A DNA stretch of 63,336 nt, the filler included, from Circinaria calcarea (taxonomy: Eukaryota), in the NCBI GenBank assembly GCA_051942165.1. It is 33 parts of 33 records of this genome, joined end to end, with 100 filler letters (N's around TTAATTAATTAA, not from the genome) between each part and the next. Parts side by side here need not be neighbours in the genome. Positions count along the whole stretch, not along the records: positions 1 to 1,838 come from JAVECS010004170.1; positions 1,939 to 3,775 come from JAVECS010004171.1; positions 3,876 to 5,711 come from JAVECS010004172.1; positions 5,812 to 7,647 come from JAVECS010004173.1; positions 7,748 to 9,580 come from JAVECS010004174.1; positions 9,681 to 11,513 come from JAVECS010004175.1; positions 11,614 to 13,445 come from JAVECS010004176.1; 26 more parts are not named here. One strand, written 5' to 3'. Below the pieces are notes generated by a model. The model was not told where the DNA came from. It did not search any database and saw only the letters and a program-made list of their open reading frames with translations. Positions 1 to 11,626 of the stretch are shown piece after piece. Each line of letters starts with the position of its first letter. Position 1 is the stretch's first letter. The position numbers and the translations under genes are program-made.

Positions 1-77
1 AAAGTGGCTCTGAGAATGACCACTGATCTCGTTTCTTTCCTTGTGTCGGCGAATGTATTTTGCCTAGAGGCTGTACA

Positions 78-1208
78 ATGCTACCATCTCGATCGTTCTG
101 GAAACGATTCGATGTACTTTTATTCTTTTGTATTATCACCGTGTTCTGGTTAATCGACAGTTTATTCCTCCAATGGAATACCCGTTTCCTTCTCAGCAGC
201 CTTATTCCCCATTACAATCACCGTGACCTCAGTGCCGGAAACAGCACGCTGGGCGTATGTCGGCCTGATGCATCCTTCAATCTGAATTGTCATTGACCAA
301 CTTTTCAGTTTCAAGTAATTCTTACTGTCTCTTCCGAAAATGCAAACGACACTACCGCCTGGCGACAAGCCGGACTCATCCACGCTGCCAACAGGACAGG
401 CCTCCAAATCCACGTGCCACACCAAAGGACTCCTTCTCCCGAGGAGATAAAAGCGTTAACAGACGGCAAAGCTGAAAGCGAAGAACGCACACCCACAGAA
501 GGCCAAGCACGTGCATGGGTTGCCCACCTCGACATTCTCCAAAGAATCATCGACACCAACACCACCACCGCCCTCATCCTCGAAGACGACGCCGACTGGG
601 ACGTTGCCCTCCGAACCCAACTACCTCCCATCGCCTCAGCCGTCCGCAACCTTACGAATGCCACCTTCTCTCACAGCAGCCCCTACGGTGCAAACTGGGA
701 TCTCCTCTGGCTCGGTCACTGCGGCGAAATCTACGATAACACCACTCACCCGGATATCCTCATCCACGACCCCACCATCATCCCCTCTTCCTTGTTAAAA
801 TCTGTCTGGATCCCCTCTCCCTACCCCAACTTCCCAAACCACACGCGCGCCGTTCACTACTCCGCCGGCCCCATTTGCACCTTCGGCTACGCGGTTACCC
901 TGGCCGGCGCGAGAAAAGTCCACGCCTACGCCTCCACAACCTCGGAAGCCTACGACGTGAAGCTAAACCACGGCTGCGCGAGCGGGGCGCTGAATTGCAT
1001 CGGTGTCATGCCGGAGGTGATTCATCACCAGCGAATGCTGGGCCGGAAATCCCTGTCTGTGGAGGCGGAGGCGGACGGTGGGGCAGAGGAGAGGCGGTTC
1101 ACGTTCAATGTGCGGTACAGCGCGCGATGTAACTGGGATCGGTGGGGGGTGGAGGAGTTGGTGGGGTGTTTGCCGAGTGAGGAGGATGCGAAGACATTTC
1201 GTACGTGA
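78..1208 (+). CDS. Glycosyltransferase family 25 protein, 2 exons (78-254, 309-1208)
   Basis: N-terminal TM anchor. NSTLG|FQ is joined in frame across a GTATGT..CAG intron (255-308). Motifs ALILEDDADWD, PYGxxWDLLWLGHC and PICTFGYAVT are typical of fungal GT25. Confidence 0.85.
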
Positions 1209-1838
1209 TAGGGTTCTTTATTTTGGCGGGCGTTATTGTTACGGGGGTTGGGAGGTAGATTTCTCGTTTGCAACGGCAGCTGGAGAAGATACCACCGCTT
1301 TGGTGGCACCATCAAGTCTTCAGGCCCGTGGGAGCCACTCTCACGCTGAAAAGTTGGCGGAGCTCCGGCTAAACTCCATTCTCCCATCTACACTTGACTC
1401 GGGCGCAAAGTTCTTCCTCTTCCCATTACCTACTTTACTTTATTCCAATCGAAAGCTTCCACCAAAAGTTAGCGGAAAAGTCTCTTTTCCCCTCTCCCTC
1501 TCCCTCTCCCCTCTCTCTCTATTCTTACCTTTGCCGCCTGCCTCCTCTCCTTTTTCCAAGCCCCCCAATCTTCCCCCCGGAAGAGAGAGAGAGTCTCCCG
1601 AAAAGGAACGAAACGAAACAAAACGAAACGACATCCAGAAAAAAAGCCTACCACTACTACTACTACTCCGTACGAGACGCGGACATCCTCGAGAAAGAAA
1701 CCTTCTCCGCCCCCCCACCACCCCGGCCCGTAGAACAGAAAACGGAAAAAGCGGGGGCCTTTTAGGAAAAGAAAGAATTCCTTAATTCTTGGTAAAAATT
1801 ACGGCGAATGCGGGGAAGAACGGGGGTACTTAGGATTT

Positions 1839-1938
1839 NNNNNNNNNNNNNNNNNNNNNNNNNNNNNNNNNNNNNNNNNNNNTTAATTAATTAANNNNNN
1901 NNNNNNNNNNNNNNNNNNNNNNNNNNNNNNNNNNNNNN
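1839..1938. other. Artificial assembly linker (44N-TTAATTAATTAA-44N); first of 32
   Basis: Identical 100-bp linkers start at 1839, 3776, 5712, 7648, 9581, 11514, 13446, 15377, 17308, 19236, 21164, 23091, 25018, 26945, 28871, 30796, 32721, 34643, 36563, 38482, 40399, 42314, 44229, 46144, 48056, 49968, 51880, 53790, 55700, 57610, 59520, 61429. The 12-mer has stops in all six frames. Confidence 0.99.
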
Positions 1939-2963
1939 CTGAAGCAGTTCGCCAAGCATGTCCGCCAACCGCGCGTCTATTTTATCGGCCGCTCGCAGGA
2001 AGCCGGAGATCGCATCGCGACCGAATGCAAGGCGCTGAACTCCGATGGCGAGTACATCTTCGTCAAGGCGGACACCAGCCTACTCCGCAATGTGGACGAT
2101 GTCTGCCGGGACATCAAAGTCCAAGAGAAGTCGATCAATCTCCTGTTCCTCAGCACGGGAACGCTGGTCTCCCGTACGAGTATGTCTACGATTCTCCCCA
2201 GAAAAGATTCCGCTTCATAGGGAGAATGGTTTGTAAATGGTAAGGGCAAATATCTGACCATGGTGCGTATGCAGAAAGTTCAGAAGGCCTCCATATCGCC
2301 TTGACCCTAGCTCATTATTCTCGCGCTCGATTCATCATCAGTCTCTTGCCACTGCTCCAACAGGCCACTGCCCTTCGCCGTGTCGTCAGCGTATTCACCG
2401 CCTGCAGAGAAGGGCCCATCGACATGAGCGACATCCAAGGTTGGAAACTTTCCATCTGGGCCTCGCGCGGCCACGCCAGCTCGCTGGTCACCTTGTCTCT
2501 CGAAGCCCTCGCTCAGAAAGCACCGGACGTCTCTTTCATCCACGACTTCCCGGGTGCTGTCAAGTCGAACATTACACGAGGGACCACCGGCGTGGCAATG
2601 ACCATCATCAAGGTGGCCCTCAAGCTCATCGGCCCGCTGGTCTACATCCCCACCCAGGAGTCGGGCGAACGCCATCTGTTTCTCGCCACCAGCGCGAAAT
2701 ACCCCGCGAGCAGCACAAAGGGTGGCGACACCGCTGCCGGGGTCCCGCTGGCAGACAGAACCGCGGTCGCGAGAGGAACCGACGGGAAAGCCGGAAGTGG
2801 CGTGTACTCGATCGACTGGGACGGCGAAAGCGCGGGACCGAAGGTGGAGGAACTGCTGGCCCGGTTCCGGAAGGAAAGGATGGTGAAGAGGGTGTGGGCG
2901 GATGCGGAGGAGGTATTTCAGCGGGTTACCGGGACGGTAAACGGCGGCGGAGACGTAGAATAG
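1939..2963 (+). CDS. Short-chain dehydrogenase/reductase, 5'-truncated, intron 2180-2274
   Basis: PRVYFIGRS, FVKADTSLLRNVDDVC, INLLFLSTG, YSRARF, SFIHDFPGAVKS and ESGERHLFLATS match a fungal SDR family. Confidence 0.85.
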
Positions 2964-3875
2964 ATTCCCCGCCCGCTTTGGGGCCTCATCTTTACATGTG
3001 GGTGTTGTACATTAATCAGAATGTAATCCTATAGAAATAGGGGGGAAAAATCGACAAGTCCCCTCCCTCTCTCACTGGGGGAGGGGGCAGACCAGTCACC
3101 AGTTCCATGCGGTACGTATTAAATTAAAAGAAAGGTTAGGGTAGCCAAGGTAATCTAAGTTCTGCGCTTGCAATTTAAATTGATTGCCCTACCTATCGTA
3201 TGTAAATTTATAAATTTATAAACTCGAACGAAGAAACGAAGACACAAAACCCCGGGGGGGTATCGAAACCAGGTGGGCTCCCCCCTTCTCCCGCCTTCTC
3301 CTCCCCCTCCCCGAAAAAAGAAACGGAAATGATATTCCTATAAGAACGAGGATTGGGACTGTACTGTGGATATTGGGAATAAATTGGGATTTGATTTTCG
3401 TTTTCTTCATGGTATTTACCTTGGAGCTATACCCATTTTCCCCCGTCCCTACTTACCCTGTACTTCCCTTTCCTCCATGGCCCCCAACCCAAACAAAATA
3501 CAACAGTAACGCACCCCCAAGCCAGTAAGTTCACCGGATTGTGAACCAAAAAGTATTATTCCCAGTTTTGATTGAGGGGGGTTTTTTCCCCCAAATAATT
3601 GATTCCAGTTGAAATACGGTGCATTCCTAAAGAGCAGGTTGCTGTGGGCAGCACCTAATTGGGCCTAGCGTATTACTGGCGGAGTGTATTTCTGCCAGTA
3701 GAGCGTGGCTAGTTTAAATAACCTTCAATATAATAGTGGTTCAGTTAAAATACGGTGCATTCCTCCTTACTAGCGNNNNNNNNNNNNNNNNNNNNNNNNN
3801 NNNNNNNNNNNNNNNNNNNTTAATTAATTAANNNNNNNNNNNNNNNNNNNNNNNNNNNNNNNNNNNNNNNNNNNN

Positions 3876-4517
3876 GACGAGGATTGGAATGACACCGTGG
3901 ATACCCAGAGGCAACTCAAGCGGCGTGATATCCGCACCGAGGAGAGTATTGGTGCTAGCCAAACAAGATCGACGTCCAAGGTTCGCCATTGCCCGGTCTC
4001 AAGGTGTGATTCTTAAGCTTACTATGTACAGGCTTCAGAAGACATCGATACCGCAGCGGACCATTTGCTGCGAGTGGCCCTCGGATCAGCCGACCTGCCT
4101 CAGCTCTCTGAAAGGATCGATACTAATTCTCCCGTCGACGGTGATGGCATTTCCGTCCTGCTGCAGGCTGCTGCGCAAATGGAAGAGTCCTCGCGCACCA
4201 CACCGTTACTTTTGTCTACGATCCCAGATACCGAGGGTGAGAGCGGTCCTGATGCTCAGCCACGCAGTCCATTGTTCTTCAGCGATGACTCGGACTTCAA
4301 GAGAGAAAGGGATATTTCTGGGGATATGGAGACTCCAAGTCCCGATCATGGACAAACCTCAGGCGTCACCAGGTACGAATTCCCGTTTGAGCTGGTGGAA
4401 ATGAGATGTTCGAGCCCCGTGGAGAGAAGGCTTAGACACCTCTATCGACGATCACTGTTGGTGAGGCGGCCAGATGGGAGGCGGCCAGATGGGAGGCGTG
4501 TTCGCCCCGGGTCTTGA
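3876..4517 (+). CDS. Hypothetical protein, C-terminal part (exons 3876-3980, 4032-4517)
   Basis: Open frame from the contig start; a GT..AG intron restores frame into ORF 4065-4517. No recognised motif. Confidence 0.4.
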
Positions 4518-5068
4518 AATGGCAGTCTGAGTTCTAGCATGTTATGCTTCTGTGATTACTTCATTCGTGGCATTGATGTATGGCTTGGATCTTGGATGGG
4601 ATCATATCTGTCTAGGATTTATTTTACTTGCCTGTTTGCTAAGCCTGCAGGTTCTGGTGTTGCATGAGCTTTGCTTTAGGATTACTAGATTTCCTTTAGA
4701 TATCCAATATGGCGTTCTTTTATTTTCTTTCATGAGGTCTCATAGATGGACAACCATTGCTCATAGCATGCAACTAGCTTTGACGTAGAACTGACCCTGC
4801 ATATGTACCTAACTGTAGGATGAGATCTTCCCTTGAAGGAGACCCTAATCGAGCATACCGGTACCCTAAGTAGATAACCTTAGATAACAACCTTTGGTAC
4901 ATGACTGGGCCGATTTAGCGAAAAGCCCTACTGCAAGGGACGCCAAGTCCCCGGAGCTTATTATTGGAAGCTGCCACGCTTCCACCGAGGTGATCAATTC
5001 AAAGATCTTAATATTTACCTCCCTTTCAGTGCACCCCTAGAGTTACCCGGGAAGAATTGTTGGCTGAA

Positions 5069-5711
5069 ATGCTTCAAGTACCGATGCGCGGAAAGAGTGA
5101 GGCCACCAAGCCTACCAAGGCCGTGATTTTGGTATGCCGTTTTGGTAAGCTTAGCTTGTATTGAGCTCACTGTATTGGCAGGTCGGTGGTCCCTCGCGAG
5201 GCACACGATTCAGACCGTTGTCACTCGATGTTCCAAAGGTAAGCATCCCCAACGAGAGTGTTCAGTGCATAGAGTAATAAGCATCAAAGCCACTTTTTGA
5301 TGTTGCCGGACACCCCATAATCTGGCATTGCCTACGAGCCGTTGCCAAGGTCCCTGGCATTCGCGAAGTCATCCTAGTCGGATATTATGATGAAGCAGTC
5401 TTCAGGGAGTTTATCAAAGATTCGGCCAAGGAGCTCCCTCAAATCCGCATACAATACCTTCGAGAGTACCAGGCATTAGGCACGGCCGGAGGGCTCTACC
5501 ATTTCCGAGACGCTATTCTTAAAGGGGGCCCGGAGCGGTTCTTCGTACTCAATGCCGACGTCTGTTGCTCCTTTCCCTTGAATGAGATGCTCAAGCTGTT
5601 CGAGGACAAGGACGCAGAGGCAGTTATATTGGGCACAAGAGTGAGCAACGAGGCAGCCACCAATTTCGGGTGCATCGTTTCGGATGCGCATACAAAAAGG
5701 GTTCTTCACTA
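5069..5711 (+). CDS. GMPPA: Mannose-1-phosphate guanylyltransferase, alpha (GMPPA)-type, 3'-truncated
   Basis: Spliced KAVIL|VGGPSRGTRFRPLSLDVPK|PLFDVAGHPIIWH...LGTAGGLYHFRD...FFVLNADVCC (introns 5132-5181, 5239-5289). VGGPxRGTRFRPLS is the alpha-subfamily signature. Confidence 0.9.
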
Positions 5712-5811
5712 NNNNNNNNNNNNNNNNNNNNNNNNNNNNNNNNNNNNNNNNNNNNTTAATTAATTAANNNNNNNNNNNNNNNNNNNNNNNNNNNNNNNNN
5801 NNNNNNNNNNN

Positions 5812-7647
5812 AGAATGTTATTGCGGTAACATGCTTACCAACACAACCACCCTGGCAGATGGCGATCCTAATACTAGCGGTATTCCTTGCTCAGGCGATG
5901 ATACTGAGTTATGCGGTGGGAGTGGCATATTACAGCTTTATGAGGTGTACACGGCACCCACTTCCACAAGCACTTCTGAGACTACATCCAGCAGTAGCAC
6001 AACCTCGGTCACCGACACGATAACAATCACAATAACTTCGACAATTAGTACAACAGAGATCAGCACGACAGATGTCAGCACGACAGATGCCACCACGACA
6101 GATGCCACCACGACAGATGCCACCACGACAGATGCCACCACGACAGATGCCACCACGACAGATGCTAGTACGACAGATGCTAGTACGACAGATGCTAGTA
6201 CGACAGATGCTAGTACGACAGATGCTAGTACGACAGATGTCATTACGACCACGACAGATGCCATTACGACAACGACAGACGCCGCTACCACGACAGATGC
6301 CACCACGACAGATGCCACTACGACAGATGCCACTACGACAGATGCCACCACGACAGATGCCAGCACGACAGATGCCAGCACAACAGATGCCAGCACAACA
6401 GATGCCACCATCACTACAGATGTGAGCACCATCACCACGGAGTCGAGCACCACGGAGTCGAGCACCACAGAGTCGAGCGCCACCGTCTTTAAAACCACTA
6501 CAGCCGTTCAGACCAGCTCCCAGACGACAGTATCCACGTCCGCTCCTACCGCACCTGGTACAGCGTCAACTTGCTCCCAATATTATGTCGTCAGTCCGGG
6601 CGACACGTGTAATACTATAGAGGCTCAATTCAGTATCACTGATGCGGAGTTTAGATACTGGAACCCTAGTATCAATCCCGCTTGTTCCAATCTGTATCCG
6701 GGTGATGCGTATGTTGCACCATCTTCTTTGTGGACTTACCTGCTAATGTTGCAATCAGGTACTGTGTTGCTGGAGGGCCTATGATGACCATGGGTAGCAC
6801 GGTTTCATCCTATCTGACTACTTTGTTGACCACATTCTCAACTTTCACAATCTCAAGTTCAGAAGCGGCGCCAGCGGATTCCCCATTGACTACTACAACC
6901 GCCTCAACCTCTCAAGACCTTGTTGCCTCTGCGACCTCAATTATTGTTTCCGAGACATTATATCCCTTTTGCTCCCAATACCTCGGATACACTACTCCTG
7001 TTACCACCGCTACCGCGACGGCCACTTCATCTTCTATAGTCACTGAAACCGTTACTGGCACCCAGGGCGCTACAACAGTTGTTTACACGGTGATTAATAC
7101 CAGTACCCAAACGACCACGGTCCCCAGCTCTACAACCACTCCTGGCGCAACAGTCACAAGGACCTCCACTAGCGTTACTGGTGTTGTATCGACGGCAGGT
7201 GTGGTATCGACGACGACGAGAGTTAAGCGTGGTAGTGTTCCTAGGAGCCATAGTGACAAATTAAGAATCACCGGGGTTGGGCGTCGCCAGGCTGCAAGCA
7301 CCACCAGCACGGCCATCAGCACTCCTTCTAACTTGTCTCAATTCCCCGCGACCATCTTGAGCTCTGCATGTAGTTTGGAAGCCACTCCAGTAACTACAAC
7401 GTCAACTATCTCCACTACCACTACTGTCGTCGAAACTGCAAGCACGACCGTCACTACTAGTCCTGATCTTACCACAGTAAGCTCACCGACAACAGCCACA
7501 GCTACAACTACCGTCACCGTCACCGTCACCAGTGGAGTCTCGACGGCACCAACTTCGACCAGCACCTCAACCGTAGTTGTCACGTCCACCTCGACAGTCG
7601 TCGTCCAAGCTTCAGCACCCACCGGAAACCCCACTTGGTTGCAAATT
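5812..7647 (+). CDS. WSC-domain + Thr-rich repeat + LysM + Ser/Thr-rich cell-surface protein, truncated at both ends
   Basis: ECYCGN...PCSGDDTELCGG (end of a WSC domain). CSQYYVVSPGDTC...WNPSINPACSNLYPGDA|YCV (fungal LysM, intron 6709-6758). Long S/T tracts follow. Confidence 0.85.
6062..6420 (+). repeat. Coding 15-bp tandem repeat (TTDA[T/S])
   Basis: About 20 copies of ACGACAGATGC(CACC/TAGT/CAGC), arranged in blocks of variants. Confidence 0.95.
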
Positions 7648-7809
7648 NNNNNNNNNNNNNNNNNNNNNNNNNNNNNNNNNNNNNNNNNNNNTTAATTAAT
7701 TAANNNNNNNNNNNNNNNNNNNNNNNNNNNNNNNNNNNNNNNNNNNNTTTCCGCTCCGTGCCGCCGGCACTTCATGTTGAAGAACCATGTGGTCCCCGCC
7801 CTCGTACAA

Positions 7810-9540
7810 TCCAGGAGCGCTTTGCCACGCAGGACGCTGTCGAAATACGGCTAAAGGATTATGCCTTTAACCAGGGCTTCCCTCTTATCAAGCAGGACGG
7901 GGCGGGGACCACATGGTTCTTCAACATGAAGTGCCGGCGGCACGGAGCGGAAACGAACAAGTGGAGGAAGTTAGCCGATGAAGACATAGCAAAGAATGAG
8001 GACGGGGCAGTCGCGACACTTCCGTCCGCCATTGCGACTGTCCCTATTTAATCAGGGTTAGTCAGTGAAAAGGGGAGTCGCAATGGCGGATCAAACTCCC
8101 CAATACCACACACATCCACCCCATCATCCCAGATCCCTTCATCGATCTACTTCTTCGCGACCGTAGACCTCGGGCGGAAGAAGCTATTAGGCTCGCAAGC
8201 ACACACAGAGCAGCTGGGGTCTCGCACGCGAACAGTGCCTCGATCTTGCACGAGTCCGGCGAGCTCAGAAGGGACAAGAAGGAATACTATAACCTCGGCG
8301 GCAACAAGACGAATAAGCAGGGCAAGACAAAGATCGAACAACCACGAGACTTACAAGCTCGGTTGGAAGCCTTAGGCTTCCATGTTAGACCCTTGATCAA
8401 GACGATCTGGAGCGACGATGGCAAGGTCGCAATCGGGAGGGTCATGGAGCAAATCTTCTTCTACTCTTCCGCTCAAATCACTATAGCAAGAAGGTTTGGT
8501 AGCGGGTTCACAATGCAAACGGACGCTACCTTCATTACTAGCAAGCTCCGCTTGCTGCTTTCAACCTATATTGGTGGGGAGTAATATAGGCAAGACCTTC
8601 TCTTTCTGCCATAGCTATATATTCTCCGAGTCTACCGAAGCATTCACCCATATATGGAGGTGTATGTACGACCTTATTGGTATGACGCGAAGGCGGACAC
8701 TTTGCTTCGCCCCCTTGAGCCATATTTTCAGACCAGGCTGGCGGTTTGATTGCCAGCCTGGCGAGACGTGAAGCCGCACGGCAGGCAGCGAAGGAAACAG
8801 CCAAGCAAGCGGGTCTGGGGCACCCAAGCCGCAAAGCAGCAGGAGAAGACGCCGGCGAAGAGCTGGATTCGATGGAGGCCACAGTCGTAGCGGCAGACTT
8901 CTAAGAGCGTGAGGGTGCCCACCCAATGGTGGGGGTTGGCTGCGAATGGCGGAGTGGAGGCAGAAGACAACACCGAAGGAGAAGAGGAACAGGAGAACGA
9001 GGGGGAGGAATACGATTGATGGCGGAACCTCGAGTATATCTATCAGTTCTGTCAGTGGCATATTGCAGAAGCCACCAGAGCTCATATCAGAAAGGTGGTA
9101 TATAGGGATCAGACTTATATCGAGATTACGAATCTTATATGGCAGTGGATTCGATCGTCCATAACGCAAGAGGTCCGTCGTTACAGGAAAGACCTGCTGC
9201 AAGCTCTACGAGGGCCAGAGTAGCAGTATTTATTAGCAAATTATATTCCTAAAGAACATTAGCTTATCAACATGTGGTTAAGGACTTACCCAAATCTTGG
9301 TTACTTTAATACTTAGCAGAATAAATCGAGCCATTCAGGTACAATGAGCAAGCTCTATAAAGAGAAAGGCCTGCTAGATGCATATGAAATTTTAGTCTTA
9401 TAAAGTAATGAGCTGCAAAGAAGAATAATCAACGATGAAAATAAGGATCGGACTCTCGAGTCAAAAGACCTCGACAGACAAGCAATCTCAATGATGCGAG
9501 GTCGAGTCACCCGGTATGCCCTAGACCGGCTACAGTTAGA
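7810..9540 (+). mobile_element. Degenerate Mutator (MULE) transposase pseudogene
   Basis: FAR1-like N-terminus (RLKDYAFNQGFPL..CRRHG), QTDATF (8522), IFSDQAGGL (8731), QFCQWH CxxH (9050), LIWQWIRS, YPNLG..SSH. Multiple frameshifts and in-frame TAG stops. Confidence 0.8.
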
Positions 9541-10700
9541 ATGGCTGCATATAAAGGCGTTGGTAGGAGGGGAGGGGGTGNNNNNNNNNNNNNNNNNNNN
9601 NNNNNNNNNNNNNNNNNNNNNNNNTTAATTAATTAANNNNNNNNNNNNNNNNNNNNNNNNNNNNNNNNNNNNNNNNNNNNCCCTTCCAGTCCCTCATCCT
9701 CATCCTCTCCGTCTCCGGCGGTCGATGCCCGACGCGCCCACTCCCTCATCACCCACTTCCCCGCCCATCTCGCCCGCTTCCCCACCCATCTGACTAGGGG
9801 CCGCACCCCTGACCACAACCACTGCGGAGGAAGCGAGACCACAAGCCACGGCCCCCACAGCAGCAGCCTCACCGACTGCCGATAGATTTGTCCCCGGCCG
9901 AAAGGCCGTTCCCTCGGCCGCCCCGCTTCATCCGTGCGGCCAGCCTCTCCTCGAGTTCCCACATCGTCACTTCGTTCAGGGACACTCGGTCCCACGTCAC
10001 CAAGTAGAGGAGGAGGGAGGCGGCGACGCTGCCGAGGACGCCGACGGCCCAGCCGATGGGGAAGGTGAGGATGATTTCCCTCGTCTCCATGTCGAGGCGG
10101 AACATCGTTAGCGTCGGTGGTGGGTGCCGGACGGAGAAGAGAAAAGTTTGGCGGAAAGGGAGAGGAAGCGCAAGAAGCGGCTGGTGGTGGGTGCCGGTGG
10201 CGGTTGTAGTGGTGGTGGTCGTGGTGAGCGACGATGTTTTGGTAGCGGCAGCTGCTGTCTCTGCTGTTGTGGCTGTTGGTGCTGTCTTGGTGAGGGTGAA
10301 GAACAGAAGTGAGAAAACAAATAATTTTTATTTACGTTGGGGAACCTACCGGCGTACTTTCCACGTACTTTCCATAAATAAAAAAGGGGAAGGTGCTACT
10401 TCCTGATAAGGAAATATCACTACTATGAAAACGAAGTAAATCGAGAATAATATGAAATCTGTATTGAAGTTTTGACCACAGGGGCCTACAACTGCCAATG
10501 ATAGTATTTCAGATATTGATAAGATTCTTGAAGGGCTTAGTATACATGCAACGCCCATGAGCAGACATCCTCCCAAATTCCGTTTTCCGTTGGTCGAATA
10601 TCCCAAGCCACTCGCAATCCCAGCAAAGCTATACAATTAACCCCTGAAGGACAGCACAACTCCGTGCCAATGCTAGCAAGCGGTAGATAGGTAGCCAAAG

Positions 10701-11513
10701 TTATGCGTAGTATATAGCTTCAATTAGATAGATGAATCCAAAGACCAGGAAGGCACCAGCACCACCCAGAGTAACTGTGGCTGTAATTAGCAAGCACATC
10801 GCAAAATCCAATGGTGCGACCAGTTACCCACCAACTCGTAAGCTAACTTTGCCCGCAATCGCCCTACCACCAATCACGGCTACAGCGGTACATACGGCGT
10901 GTCCGGTCACTGCTCCTGCGGTAACCCACCAATAGTCTTGGCCCGCTGCCATGGCAATAGTGGCAATTTGACTTCTGTCACCCCACTCTCCCAGAAAGGT
11001 CATAACAAAAGTCTGGACCCAGACCGGGCTCAGGAGCAAAGAGAAAAGATTATGAATGCCAGCTAGAGCGCCAGAAATGCTTGAACCCCTGCTTGGTGAA
11101 GGTGAACGAGAGTCAGGCGAAGAAGGAGGAGAGACCGGAGGAGCAGGTAGACGGGAATTAGAACGCATTTTCCTTGAGCCAATGCGACCCGATTCTAGCA
11201 TATATGGAGTAATAGAAGACCGACGCCGACCCATCCGCCGAGCCAATTCTTCCTTCTCTTCCAACTCCTCCTCTACCTCCCTCATTTCTTCGCTGACGCC
11301 TGCATCCGGGCTGATAGCGAAGCCCTCTCTTAACATCTTGATTCCAAATATGAGAAACAGTGCCGCGGCTAGGAAACTTGTAAGGCGCTTTGGTATGAGG
11401 GCAGGCACAGCATGGCCGAATATCGCAGAGAGGATGGTCATGGGTGCGAGTGCTCCAAAAGCTGCCGAGAAAACAAGGAGACGATCATACTTCATGGCCA
11501 TGAGAGCAGCAAT
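10701..11513 (-). CDS. GDT1: GDT1/TMEM165 (UPF0016) Ca2+/Mn2+ transporter, 5'-truncated
   Basis: FLGEWGDRSQIATIAMAA motif. Last exon (V)TLGGAGAFLVFGFIYLIEAIYYA* follows a short intron. Confidence 0.93.
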
Positions 11514-11626
11514 NNNNNNNNNNNNNNNNNNNNNNNNNNNNNNNNNNNNNNNNNNNNTTAATTAATTAANNNNNNNNNNNNNNNNNNNNNNNNNNNNNNN
11601 NNNNNNNNNNNNNATTCGACGATCTA

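Noticed and set aside
1078..1785. 235-aa ORF after GT25
   Set aside because: Low-complexity CT/GA tracts and microsatellites; no protein-like signal.
5938..6498. Antisense and alternate-frame ORFs (VVASV, MPPRQ repeats)
   Set aside because: Shadows of the 15-bp coding repeat. The same applies to 62486-62824.
9681..10406. Short GC-rich ORFs at the start of contig 6
   Set aside because: Possibly a small membrane protein on the minus strand, but frames conflict and there is no motif support.
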